Assembly (NCBI RefSeq): GCF_009834535.1
Contig: NC_045707.1
Span: 62,312,001-62,376,000 of the forward strand
Direction of reading: 5' to 3'
Source of the DNA: Camelus ferus
Lineage: Eukaryota
DNA: 64,000 nucleotides
Below are positions 1 to 12,426 of this stretch, one piece after another; within the stretch, counting starts at the first letter, position 1; each line of letters begins with the position of its first letter. The notes under the pieces were generated by a model. That model saw only the letters and a list, made by a program, of their open reading frames with translations. It was not told the origin of the DNA and made no database searches. A program made the position numbers and the translations under genes.

Positions 1-205
1 AACTCAAACTAGAATGCAGACTGTGTATTGCAAGGAAAAGGATCGTCCCTTAGAGCCTGTGGAAAAGACCATAGTCCTATCAGCACCTTGATTTTAGCCA
101 GAGGCCTGTGTTGGAATTCTGACCTATGGAAATACAATAAACTTGTTGTTTTAAGTCACTAAGGGTTTGGTAATTTTTTTCCGGCAGCAACAAAAACTTA
201 CCACA
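1..205 (+). mobile_element. MaLR LTR (MLT1D/E-like), 3' part, cut by window edge
   Basis: 'caccttgattttagcc...ttctgacct...aataaacttgttgttttaagtcactaagggtttggtaattt...cagcaacaaaaacttaccaca' is the typical MLT1 3' end, ending in CA. Confidence 0.85.
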
Positions 206-1049
206 AAACCTCTTTCTTGATGTATATGATCTCTAACATGTCTATAAGCTTTCTCTCTCTCTTTTTTTTTATTCAGTAAGAATCCAGTGAGTGGAAGTAG
301 ACAAAATAGTCAGTTAAAAAAAAATGCTAAAATCTGATATGTGAATCTCAGTTTTCACAGTCATTATACAGATGTCATTTTCTTTAGGTGAGATGATGGA
401 GTTGCTATCCTCAACAGACCTGCATATCGTTCAGTGCAGACTAAATGAGAAGACCCATCTAACAACCACAATGTACTGATGGAGTACCTCTTTTCAGCTC
501 ACCAACAGGAAGATGAAATCAGCTTCAGGGAAAACATAATGAGTCCCAGGCTAGAGCCACACATTGGAAATGAGCTGAACCAGACATGGAGCAGAAATAG
601 GGCCAAGAAGGGCGCCAAGCCTGGTTCAGGACATGACTGAGTGGGAAAGAGAATGAAGGTCCAAATGCAATAGTATGAAGCTGTAACAGGACGGAAAGGA
701 CTCTTTTGTGATTGTGCAGGATTGCTAGCTCAGCTTTCTCCAGTAGGAAAGAGGCCCAGCCCCTGGCAGTTCTGAGGAGTACACAGAGGCCCAGCAATGA
801 CAAACCATAATTTTTTGCAGCTTCACTCTGCTGACAGCTGAAATGAAAACCTGCTAGTGTTCAGTAACAGGTCATCGTTGCTATGACATTTTCAGATATA
901 AGGAATATTAAAATCCTTTGGCTCAGATAACCATGGTGAAATAGTTTAGGTCTACTTACTTACTGTTTCTATCTATCAAATATTTACATCCATAGTAGCA
1001 GGCATTTTTAGAGATAGAAGAAAACTTAGAAATCATCGAAAGGTTCCAT

Positions 1050-1260
1050 ATGCAACACTGCAGCCACTAGCCACGCTGGCTACTGAGCACTTGAAATGTG
1101 GCCAATCCAAATTGAAATGTGCAATAGGTATAAAATATTCACTAGCTTTCCTAGCCTTAGTATAAAAAGAAGAGTGTAAAATGCCTCATTTACAACTTTT
1201 TTCAAAAATTGATTACATGTGGAAATGTTAATATTAGATTTATTGAGTTAAATAATATCT
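1050..1260 (-). mobile_element. MER33-like hAT-Charlie DNA transposon fragment
   Basis: 'agccactagccacgctggctactgagcacttgaaatgtggccaatccaaattgaaatgtgc...gattacatgtggaaatgttaatatt' follows the reverse complement of the MER33 consensus as recalled. Confidence 0.8.
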
Positions 1261-1929
1261 ATAGACCTGAGGGAGACGCTTTCTTCTTTGTATCTTACTC
1301 TTATTTCTTAGGTAATCCTCCTGTTGTAGATGGTGACTTTGAAGGATGAAATAAATTGTACATATGAGAATATATTAAGTGAAAGCTCCCAAAATTCAAA
1401 AGCTGAGACTGAGGCATCCAGAAATTAAGATATTAGGAAAGAGACTTCTATTTCTCAGAATCTATGTATTTTAAGTAATGTTGAGACTTGATTAGCAAAA
1501 TGTCAGCATTGCTAATTTCCCTATTTAATGTCACATAACAAATCCAACTATACGTATTTTAAAGATTTCTTCTTATAGTATGTCTTCTCTATTTTCACAA
1601 TGCATTCTTTCTTATGGATCTTATTTTTCTACTATGTATTCTAAGAACCTACTGACTCATGTCTCTGAATATATTAAAACCCCTTATCAATCTATATTCT
1701 GTATAAATCCCAGAGTAAGCTCTCTAAATGACAAATTTATTAGGTCATTCTCTGGATTAAAATATTAGGAAACATTTCCTCTACCATGTGGCAATTAAAG
1801 CCTCATCTAGCATTTAGAAATAAAACGCAGTTCTAGCTGAATTAGCAGTGCTTCTCAATACTCTAACCCCACACTGAACTGCAGGAAGTTCCCCCTAACA
1901 TGCCCCCCCCTATTTAGGTCTCATGCTTA

Positions 1930-2125
1930 CTTTTGGATTGGGTTGCTTGTTTTTTTTTTTTTTTTTAATTGAGGTGTATGAGCTGTTTGTATATTTTGGA
2001 AATTAGTCCCTTGTCAGTCGCATCATTTACAAATATTTTTTCTCATTCTGTAGGTTGCTTTTTGCTTTGTTGATGGTATCCTTAGCTACACAAAAGCTTT
2101 TAAGTTTACTTAGATCCCACTTGTT
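1930..2125 (-). mobile_element. L1 ORF2 3' fragment
   Basis: 'gagctgtttgtatattttggaaattagtcccttgtcagtcgcatcatttacaaatattttttctcattctgtagg...aaaagcttttaagtttacttagatcccac' is standard antisense L1 ORF2 sequence. Confidence 0.9.
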
Positions 2126-3099
2126 AAAAAAATATTGAAAGACGATGGTGTATAACATAATATTAAGACCATATCTTTGTTATTAGTTTAGCTAATCAGT
2201 CACTTACACGGCCAAAGAACTACCACAAATATCAATTTTAATCATGTCACTGACTTTGTATTAATATCCTTATTAGTATAAAGCTAAGTTTGCTAGTGTA
2301 GCATTATGAAAATGTACCAAATTCATATTTATGTAATTTTTAGTAGACATTAAAATAATAAAATTTTTGAAAGTTTGGACTTGAAAATTGTCTCTACAAT
2401 CCATTTATTTAAGACCTTACATCATTCTGCACTCTGTTTTATGGGTTCTTTGGAGTTGGAATGTCTGGATGCCATGTGTCACGTAGTGATTCTAATCTCT
2501 TCTCTTTTCCTCTATTTGAACTTCTGAAAAACATTGTTCATAGAGCATGTTATGATGTAATATGGACAAACACAGAAGAGTACACTATAAATATGTTAAA
2601 ACATATTTTCTTTTGGGCTGTCATCATACTGAAAGATTATAGAATATGCTGCTTTCTGGGGGGCTTTGTAAATATATATAATATAACATGTAAATCTAAG
2701 TTACAGGGAACTTGCATTTCAGTGTAATGCCTCAAAAATACTTGAAAAAATAATGGTTAAATGTAAAAAGATATATTAGGACTGTTTTATATGCTACATA
2801 AGAAATAAAAAATATCCTTTATTATTTTTGTTATTTGAATAGTTATATTTTCCCTCAGACTTAACAGTATTTAGCACTTCAGGATAGTAGAATGTTCCTT
2901 TTTGCATAAATGTCCCATGTATTTTACCATGAAGTCTATTCTAAAAGTGACATACAGCTAGATAATGCCTTTACACTGGTGCTTAAACAGATGATAAGAA
3001 TGCATTATATAACATGTTAGGAACTAAATATATGCAAAATAATGGAGAAATGAGAAATGGCAGTGTTGCCTTTGTATTTGATCAACATCATCTTGAAGC

Positions 3100-3340
3100 T
3101 GTAGCCTAGTGTTGTGTGAGTTCAAACGATTCCAGGCTGGAATTTCGGTTATGCCACTAAGAAACATTGTGAGTTTAAGAAATTTCCTTAATCAACCAGA
3201 GTATCAATTTTTCCACAAATAAAATGTGATAGTAATACCTACTTAATATGATTATTTTGAAATTAAAATGTTTAATATTGTACTTAACCCAGGGTTCTAC
3301 AGTATCCAGGTATTCACTAAGAGAATGTTTTTGCTATTAT
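3100..3340 (+). mobile_element. MIR SINE
   Basis: Degenerate MIR core 'tgccactaag...tgtgagtttaagaaatttccttaatc...aaataaaatgtgatagtaatacctactt' with a 'gctattatt' tail. Confidence 0.7.
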
Positions 3341-4657
3341 TAGAAACAGAATTTGGGTCTGGTCTGCCGGGACAAATTACCATCTAGTTTTTTCTTTGAT
3401 TCTGAGGGATGGGAGATCAAAGTGGAAAGAAGAAACCTACTCTATCACACTTATAAATAGCTTTTATACAAAAGTTTTGTGTAGTTAGTTGTTTAGACCT
3501 AGGGAGTAATTTTCCCAAGGAAACAATGTTTTAAATGGTAGTTAGGTCTCTGACAAGCCCACAGAACTCTATTTAGTCCATAATGTAGTTGAAATAATGT
3601 GCACTTGCAAGGGAAAATAGTAGGAAAATAATACTGTTGCAATAATACCAATTAAACAAAACAGAGAAAAGAAGAATAAAAATTAGTTCTTTTTATTGAA
3701 TTCTTGGACTGACTAAACACATTTAATTAAAAGATGGAGGAATAACCACGCCAGATTTCTGTAGAAACTCTAAGGGTCACTTTATGGCATTTTTAGAGGC
3801 TTTAAAGGAAGATTACACTCCTCATTAAAGCTAATCTGACTTCATTTTGTTTTCTTTTTTCTTTCCTCTTTTCCACTTCATATACAATAAGGAGATAATA
3901 AAGAGGAAGGAGAAAATAAAAATGGAGAAAACATTCCCTTGACATTAGAAGAGAAGAGGAGTTCAGAGTAAGAGAAGAGGTTATTGATGAAGGGAGTGGA
4001 AGTTTATCGAGAAAGGAAAGGGCAGAGAGACAGACTAAACAAAAGAAAGAGGTACTGAGGAAAAGTGGAAAAGGAAAAGAGATGAGTGGATTTTACTGAA
4101 GACTCATATGCAATGTGAGACACAGAAAAAACAGAACTAGTTCACAGTACACGATTGCAACATGAAGCAGCCTACCACAAATGTGAAATTTCACTAATAT
4201 CTTAAAATTTCTGAAATGTTACAATAACTTTGCCTTTTACAAGAAAAAATGGTAAACACACTGGGAATCGGTGATTTTTCTTAGATCCATCAAATAATTG
4301 AGGTCATGGGGCAAACTGCCACCCAGAAATCTGGAATATAGGATACTAAGAATCATTGCCCAGAGCAGCGCACCTTGAGGAGAAGCTCTGGAGTCAGGTC
4401 CTAGTAGGAAAAGTTACATGGCAATTTTCATAAATTCCTGAAGGCAGAGTAAGAAACTCTGGAGGACCCAGTTTTAGGGGGTCCCCTACACTTTCGTGGG
4501 TTTACCTATAGGAACCTCACTGGGTTCTCAATTTGATGATCCTAGAAAAATCCTCTTATGTTTCCTGTTTTGGACAGGTAGGGGCAGGATGTAAGCTATT
4601 ACAACTCTATCCCTGTTAGAAAAGGGAAACTAAACTAAAATATAAATATAAATTATA

Positions 4658-4760
4658 TAGTTGATCCATGGATACAGAAAGATGATTGTAAAGTTGTATG
4701 TAGATTTTTGATTGTGTGGGAGTCAGCACCTCAACTCTCCCATTGTTTAAGGGTCAGCTG
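4658..4760. mobile_element. Miniature Tigger2-family (Tc1/mariner-pogo) element
   Basis: Ends 'ta|tagttgatcc' and 'tgtttaagggtcagctg|ta' match the Tigger2 terminal inverted repeat (cagttgaccc) with TA on both sides; the interior resembles the Tigger2 end. Confidence 0.7.
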
Positions 4761-5330
4761 TAATTATTTTATTTAATTATATACTTACATATAATTAAAT
4801 TTTAAAGGAATATAAAAAATAAATCCCTTTGTTACATAAAAGGGAAACTAATTAACCTGACACAAAAATAGACAAACCAAAAATCACAATCCATGGCTTT
4901 GTTAAAATTAAGAACATCTGCTCTGCAAAAGACACTGTTAGGAGAATAAAAAGACAACCCATAGGCCAAGAGAAAATATTTACAAAACACATATCTGACA
5001 AAAAAAACTTGTACCTAAAATATTTTTTAAAATCTCCTAAAACTTACCTATTAGAAAACAACAATCCAAATTAAAAACTAGGAAAACCTGGACATCTCAG
5101 CAAAGAAGATACACAGATGGCACATAGGCATATGAAGATGATCAACATCATTTTTCATCAGGAAATTCGATAATTAAAAAAGATACCGCTATACACCTAG
5201 GAAAGTAGCTAAAATGCAAAACACTAAAGATACCAAATGCTAACCAAGATGTGGAACAATAGATATGTCACTCATTACTGGTGAGAATTCAAATTGTCAC
5301 AGCTGCTTTGGAAGGCAGTTTGGCTATTAC

Positions 5331-6123
5331 TGTAGGGGATTTAAGGGGTTTTGTGACTGCACAAAGAAAAAGATGTGGCCATGAGGAGGAGTAACACACA
5401 AGCTTTGCGTGTGAGGGGGCTGTCAACCAGAAATGAGTACAGCAAGGGATCTACTGCGGGGAAGGGGGACTGAAGCAGGGGACTTGTGTGTCTAGGTGAT
5501 ACCTCTCCTCAGCACGCAGGCCATCTCTGAGTCAGAGAACTTTGAAGAGCGCTGGTGGCTTGGAGTTCTATCCCAAGTCTCTGTCTCATCAATGGCCAAT
5601 GACCATTGGATCAGTTTTCAGAGTGCTGTAAACTGAATTGTGTCCTCCCCTCAAATTTATTTGAAGCTCTAATCCCCAATGTGATGGTATTTGGAACTGT
5701 GACCTTTGGAAGGTACTTAAGATTAGATGAAGCGTGAGGGTGGGACTTTCATGATGGGATTATTACCCTTATAAGATGAAATACCAGAGAGATTGCTCTC
5801 CCTCTCTCAACCATTTAAGGACACAGAGAGAGGGTAGGCCATCTGCTATGGAAGAGAGACCACAACAGAAACTGACCTTGGACTTTCCATCCCCTAGAAT
5901 TGAGAAAATAAATTTCTGTTATTTAAGCTACCAAGTCCATGGTATTTTGTCATGGCAGCCAGAGCTAAGACACTTAGAGTAGGCAAAGTAGGCAAGGACT
6001 AAATGGCTAAAAATTTGCTTAAGTTGAGTTTAGAGCTAGGACACTTGTGAGATAAGGGGACTCATCCTACAGTGAAGAAATCAACCACCTAGGAACCAAT
6101 AAACAGACACCATCATTCATACA
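5331..6123. mobile_element. Solo ERV-type LTR (family unassigned) inserted in L1 and itself interrupted by an MLT1A
   Basis: GC-richer block starting 'tgtagg' and ending 'cataca' (TG...CA, inverted ends) that splits otherwise contiguous L1 sequence. No clean TSD. Confidence 0.6.
5624..5972 (+). mobile_element. MLT1A/MLT1A0 solo LTR, near full length
   Basis: 'tgctgtaaactgaattgtgtcctcccc...ccccaatgtgatggtatttgga...aataaatttctgttatttaagctacc...atggcagccagagctaagaca'. Confidence 0.9.
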
Positions 6124-7100
6124 AGACTTATAAACCTAAACATAGTCTTACCATATGATACAGCAATTATACACCTAGTTGTTTACCTAATTGAGTTGAA
6201 GGCTTATGTCCACAAAAAACACCTGCATGTGAATGTTTATAGCAGTGTTATTCATAATTGCCAAAGACTGTTAGCATCCAAGATGTTCTTCAATATTTAA
6301 ATACACTGTTACATACATACAGTGTGATATTACTCAGCAATAAAAGAAATGAACTAAAAAGCCATAAAAAGACATGGGAAATGGGAAATGCATATTGCTA
6401 ACCAAAAAAACCTAATCTGAAAAGGCTACATAGTATATGATTCCAGTGATATGATACTCCAGAAAAGGTAAAACTGAAACTGTAAAGATATTAAATATTT
6501 CTGAGTTCATACTGATACAAATAAATCGTTGAAAAAAACTAGAAAATAGGTGAGAAAAGACAAATCCCCTGAGGAGACGAATTCAAAACAATTTCTGTAG
6601 ACATTCCACCCTAAAAGAAGGGGAGCATAACTCCCCACTGCTTAAGGCTGGGTTGGACATAGTAACGTCCAAAGAGTAAAGCATGGAAGAGAGAGGGAGG
6701 GAAATACAAATTTGTATCAGAGAAACTCGACAAACATAACATCAACCAAGTAATCAAGGTCAACATCTTAAGTCAACAATCCTGCTCAACAGACTGATCA
6801 AGGTCAACAGTCATAAATCATGTTGATATTATGATGTGATGAAATGACAATTACCTCTGTGAACTTCCCTTACATCCATAACCCCAAAGTAATCATTTAA
6901 AAAAAAATCTGGCACATTTCAATAGAGGGACATTCTACAACATATGTCTCCTTAAAACTGTCAAGGTCATCAAAAATAAGAGAAGTATAAGTAACTATAG
7001 AAGCCAGAATAGCCTAAGACATAACAACTCAATATTCTCTTGGAATCCTGGACGGGATCCTGGAACAGAAAAAGAGACTAAGTAAAAAGTAAGGAAATCT

Positions 7101-7230
7101 CTTGTAAGAGCCTATCATGAAAAAGTAATATGAGAAAGCATATATGTATATACATAAAACTGAATCACTACGCTGTACACCAGGAACAAACACATTGTAA
7201 ATCAACTATACTTCAGGAAAAAAAAAAAAA
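7101..7230 (+). mobile_element. Young, 5'-truncated L1 3' end with poly(A) and TSD
   Basis: 'actgaatcactacgctgtacaccagg...cacattgtaaatcaactatacttca' plus A-tail, flanked by aaaaagtaaggaaatct (7084-7100) and aaaaagtaaggaaattt (7226-7242). Confidence 0.9.
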
Positions 7231-7884
7231 GTAAGGAAATTTGAATAAACTGTAGCTGCAAATTGAAAATGGCAATGACAGTGAAGACAAAGAGTCATAA
7301 GTACATAGCATTAGTGAGCCACGGAGTTCAAGAAAAGACCACTAGCTTCTCGTGAAGAAGAATGAAAAAAAAATAGGCAGTGTAGAGACAGTACCCAAAA
7401 AGTGAAGGGTGTCATTGTTCTGCTAGTAGTTCAGTTTTATCCCTTGGAAAATATAAAGAAGAGATTTATGCTTTTGAAAGAAAACATTTACAAGTATAAG
7501 AATGGAAGACGGTAGAAAGGCAATAAAGGGAAATCAAGTGGGTCAAAGGAAGTAAAATATGTATTTTATTTTTAAAATCCTCTCACGTTTCTTTCCCTTT
7601 CTGAAAGTCCCTATTTCTTTCATTCTTCTGATTAAAATATTTTTGGCTTCTGAAGATTAATCTATTCTGTGTAGCCTCTTCCAGCTATAAACCACTCCCT
7701 CCTTTACAGAAAGATACTTTAGCACTGATCTGTACAGTTTGGAACTGGTTGCTTGCTATTTTACCTACTATACATTATGCCTTTTCAATTTGGCTGTCAC
7801 TCACTGAAGACAAGATCATTTCTGTCTTTCCAATATTGTCTGTTACATTTAAAGGACATAATTGGGACAAATATGTAGCTGCTA

Positions 7885-9342
7885 GCGGATTCTAAACTTA
7901 AATCTCCAGTCTGGACTTCTTCCCTAAACTACAGACTCATATATTTAACCACTTACTGGACACCTCCAGTGGATGTTTAGTAGGCTTCTAAAACTTAACA
8001 TGTAGAGATTGAGTGTTTGACATTCCCTTCCAACTTGATCTCTCAATAGTATCTGCCATTTCACCAAATGGCAACTCTGTTCTTCCAATTCCTCAGGCTT
8101 CAAAATTTGCAGCTTTCTTTGACTCTTGCCTTTTCTAATATCCTACATGCAATCCACTGTTGGTTCACAACCTTGGGAGTTCCTCAGGTTGAACCTAAAA
8201 CCATATACCGAGGGCAAGGAGAAATGGAAGAAAAGTGGCAGACCACTCTCGATTGGTAAATGGCAATTTTAACAAGCAAGGGAATTTATATATGAAGCTT
8301 GTTGTAAATAAGTAGAGCCCTGTACCTCCCAGCCAGAATCTTAAAATTTATATAGACTCCTTAACGAGGTTCAGTAATGTACACTGTCCAGATGGTCACA
8401 ACGACACACTAGTATCTCAAGTTTGTGTCCTTGAAACTGAAGCTCAGGCTATGGGGACAATGGGCAGAAAATACTTCCAAGGATAGGGGAGGGACGGAGA
8501 CATCTCCAATTGCCTTGGTCCATCTCACAGGTCAACCAGCAGCTACATCCTTTTGATGACCTTCTCTAACATCCATTGACAAATTCCATCAACTTTACTA
8601 TCAACATTTATCCAAAATCTGTTGACTCCTCCCTGCCTCTACTACCACCTTCATTGCTATGTCTCCAGTTCAAGCTACATCACTCACTCCTTGCTTCTTG
8701 CTTTTTGTAATAGTCCCCTAAGTGGTTCTCCTGCTTCTCGTTTGCATATATTCAGTATATTCTCAATAGCACTTAGAATGACACAGTTAAATATACAGTG
8801 AGTCCTGTTACTTTTCTGTTTATATTTCAGGGGCTTCTCATCTGAATCAGAATAAAAGTCAAAGTCTGCATGCCTTGCAAAGTCTTACATGAACTGGACC
8901 ATGTTATCTCTCTGTGCTCATATCTAGCTCTTTTTTCTGCTCACTTTGCTTTAGCCTCTTGGTCTCTTGCCTGTTTCTAGATTATACTAGACAGTCCCCC
9001 AGAACACATTTTAGCCTTTGCTCTTCCTTCTGGCTAGAATGCTCCTCTCCAGATATATCATGGTTAGCCATTTTACCAGCTTCATTTCTTCACTCAAAAG
9101 TCACCCTCTCAGACAATATTTTCTGGCAAATCCTACATAAAATTGCAATTCTCTTATCTCTCACAATTTTCTTCCTCTTAGCTTTGTCATTTTCCAAAAT
9201 ATTTTATATTTATCTATTCATCTTCTTTTTATCACTAGAAGGAAAGCTCTGTAAGGGTTGCAGTGTATTCATTCATCCTAAAAGATTCTCTGGTACATAA
9301 TCAACATTCAAAAATTATTTGTTAAATGAAAGAATAAATGAA
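7885..9342 (+). mobile_element. L2 (L2a-like) 3' part, split by an LTR
   Basis: 'atctccagtctggacttcttccctaaactacagactcatatatt...ggacacctccagtggatgtt' and the L2 tail 'tatttgttaaatgaaagaataaatgaat'. Confidence 0.85.
8158..8571 (-). mobile_element. Solo ERVL-class LTR (MER54/MER74-like)
   Basis: TG...CA termini (tgttgg...ctaaca) and a 5-bp TSD tccac (8153-8157) / tccat (8572-8576); L2 continues on both sides. Family and strand are tentative. Confidence 0.75.
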
Positions 9343-10506
9343 TCATTGAGGAAAGTTTGTTGAGTTAATTTAAAACAGAGTAAATTTGATGTCCTGACAT
9401 ATCTTGTCTCAGTTAATGTGACCCATTAAATTATGGTACAAACTTAGTCACTGTGATAAAATACTTTCAGGTTAATTATGTAAATTGAATATTTGTTTGG
9501 AAAGAAACTTTTGTTATAAAAAAAACAACTTTCTGCTTAAATTTAAGTAGCTTCAGGTTTCAAAATGATGAGATGTACCTTTTTTGTTGCTGTTTTCTGA
9601 ACAAGAATAGTTTACTGAAATAGATCACAGCAGGAGGATGGATTAGTGTGGTTAAAAGGAAAAAAGGAGAAGCTACAAGAGAGACATTCACTTATTTCTT
9701 TTTATTGTTGACTCCAACATAGCAGAATCATTTTTTCTCATTTTCTTTCCTTTCTAGCTTACCTAATTACTGAACCCTCTCCATTTACTGATGCTTTCTT
9801 GTCAATCTGACAAGCTGACCCCCTGCCTAGAAAACCTCCACTCTTCACAAGCCGTTTTTTTCTTTCCCTACTGCCATCTGATTTTCCTCCTTATCCATAC
9901 TTCCCCTCTATGAAGTTTCACAATGACTAATACATTTTTTGTCACTGATGCTCTTTACCATCCAGCCCATACTACACATTACTTCAGTGTAATCTTTGTA
10001 AAACATTCATCTAATAAAGCTAATGGGCTCTAGGTAAGGTCTTTCTCTCTTTTATATGTAAAACATTGAATTTGCTTATCTTTAAAGAGCCGGTTCTTGT
10101 ATTACCACCTCTCTATATTTTCCCCTGACCCACCTAACCATAACCCTGGACTATTTCCTTACCTGTCTTCCCATCATAGTTCATTAATATCTCAATTCTA
10201 ACACCTCTCTTACTATATTACAAGTATTTATTTGTTTCTGTCATGCTACACATATAGAGAAATCTTTGAAAGAATAATGTGAGTTGTTTTCACTTTTGCA
10301 TTATTTTCTATCATTGAGTAACTACTGAAAAAAATATTTTTACACTAGGTGTTTTCAATTCATAAAAACAATTACAGCTAAGATTAAGTTAGACACAGCA
10401 TTTTATACAGGTGAAATGTTAAAATACTAATATAAAAAGTTGGAAATTAGGCATATACAGGCATTTTCATATAATGTTATCCTGATCCTTATCTTCCCTA
10501 TGTGTA

Positions 10507-10662
10507 AAAAAGGAAGAAAGAAAGGCAGAAAGGAAGGAAGGAAGAAAGAAAGAAAGAAAGAAAAGAAGAGAAAAGAAAGAAAAAAGACATAAAAAAGAGA
10601 GAAAAAAGGGAAAAAGTAAAGAGGGATGAAGGGAAGGACAAGGGAGGGGAAAGCAAGAAGAG
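10507..10662. repeat. Purine-rich (GAAA/GGAA) low-complexity tract
   Basis: About 155 bp almost entirely A/G, with (GGAA)n and (GAAA)n runs. Confidence 0.95.
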
Positions 10663-11099
10663 CAGAATGAACAGTTATTAAATATGCTAACTCCCTGAAA
10701 AAAGAACTCTAATGTTTTATATTTGGTCTCTTACCATTGTACTCTAAGTGCAACTTCTCCAATCATTTGATTTTGTAGTCTCACAAGACTCTTTCGAGAT
10801 CTCCACATTGTCTCAAATTTGAACTGTCAAAATTCCATTTTTTTTTTTTTTTAGTTAGTTATAAAATGAAATGATCCTTGTTATTTTAAGCTTTTGTTAG
10901 TGAGCTCATTTCCCTGTTCTCAGCATAGAAAGTTAGAGAACGATGGTAGTTTTTCCCTGGGATTCTTTTTCCAAATTCTTTGTTCCGGGACGAGAGGAGC
11001 AAAATACAGATTAACATTCTCACTTAGAAAGCAAATACCAAAAAGCAATACCCTGTACATAATATTGACAGTATTTTTCCCTCAGTCATGCAAAAGCAC

Positions 11100-11394
11100 C
11101 GTCTGGTGTCAAAGGGTACAATAGCAATGAACTTTAGAAAACAACTGGCAACGTATATCAGAATGACCAAGGTCTTTATTATTATTCCTAGGAGTCTCAT
11201 GTAGATCTACCCTATAGATTTATCTGAATGTTTGTCACAAGATATAAATGAAATAACATGTATACACTGATAATACTGCAGCATTTTTGTAATAGTAATG
11301 TGTTAGAATTAACTCAAATGCCCATTAATGGGGGAGGGAAGAGTTAAATTAACTATGATTTTATAGTCACATTGAAATAAAATGTAGCTGTAAG
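11100..11394 (+). mobile_element. Ancient L1ME-like 3' fragment (host of the younger L1 that follows; continues at about 12440-12520)
   Basis: 'actttagaaaacaactggcaacgtat...gcagcatttttgtaatagtaa...caaatgcccattaatgggg' is a degenerate L1 ORF2 end / 3' UTR. Confidence 0.6.
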
Positions 11395-12426
11395 GAAGAT
11401 AAAAAAAACAACCTATGGAATGGGCAAAAATATTTGCAAATGATATAACCAATAATGATCCAAAATACATAAATAGATCATATAACTCAATATCAAACAA
11501 AAAAAATCAAACAACCTGATTAAAAAATGGGCAGAAGACCTGAACATATTTCCAAAGAAGATATACAGATGGCCAAAAGGCACATGAACAGAAGCTCAGT
11601 ATCGATAATCATCAGATAAATGCAAACTAAAACCACAAGGGGATATCACCTCACACCTGTCAAAATGGCTATAATCAAAAAAAAGACCTCAAATGACAAA
11701 TGTTGGTGAGGATGTGGAGTAAAGGAAACCCTGTTACCCTGTTGGTGGAAATGGAACTTGGTACAATCACTCTGGAAAACAGCATAAAGGCTCCTGAAAA
11801 AGCAAACAGAACTACCATATGATCCAGCAATTCTACTACCGGGTACACATCTAAAGAAAATGACAACACTAATTCAAAAAGAGACCTGCACCCCAGTGTT
11901 CACAGCAACATTATTTACAATAGCCAAGACATGGGCCTTACTACGTGCCCATCAACTGATGAATGGATAAAGAAGATATGGTGTATATATGCAATGGACT
12001 ATTACTCACCCATAAAAAGAATGAAATGGTGCCATTCGCAACAACGTGGATGGAACTGGAGGGTATTATATTTAGTGTAGTAAGTCAGACAGAGAAAGTC
12101 GAATACTCTACGTTGTCACTTATAAGTGGAATCTAATTAAAAACAAAATGTATATAACAACACAGAAATGGACTCACAGATATAAAGCGCAAATAATAGT
12201 TACCAGTGGGGAAAGGGAGGGAAGGGCAAGACAGTAGTATGGGTGTGAAAGATACAAACTACTAGAAATACAATAAACAGGGATATATTGTACAGCACTG
12301 AGAAATGTAGCCATTATTCCATAATAACTTTGAATGGAACATAATATATAAAAATTATATCACTATGTTGTATACATGAAACTAATATAATATTACGAAT
12401 CAACTATACTTCAATAAAATAAAAAC
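11395..12426 (+). mobile_element. Younger 5'-truncated L1: ORF2 C-terminus plus 3' UTR and A-rich tail
   Basis: Manual translation from 11581 gives HMNRSSVSIIIR*MQTKTTRGYHLTPVKMAIIKKKTSNDKCW*GCGVKETLLPCWWKWNLVQSLWKTA*, the L1 ORF2 cysteine-rich region with stops. Ends 'atcaactatacttcaataaaataaaaa'. Confidence 0.95.

Larger units (their letters stand above)
4240..7255 (+). mobile_element. Old L1 (L1MC-like): probable 5' remnant, ORF2 3' end and 3' UTR, interrupted by several insertions
   Basis: ORF2 end at 4860-5330 ('aaagaagatacacagatggcacataggcatatgaagatgatcaacatca'), resuming at about 6124 ('ttaccatatgatacagcaatt'). L1MC-type 3' UTR ('gaaggggagcataactccccactgcttaag', 'gggatcctggaacagaaaaag'). 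The 5' assignment (4240-4560) is less certain. Confidence 0.8.

Noticed and set aside
8914..9300. 128-aa hydrophobic ORF resembling a membrane protein
   Set aside because: Lies wholly in the pyrimidine-rich L2 3' end; the Leu/Phe/Ser bias is compositional.
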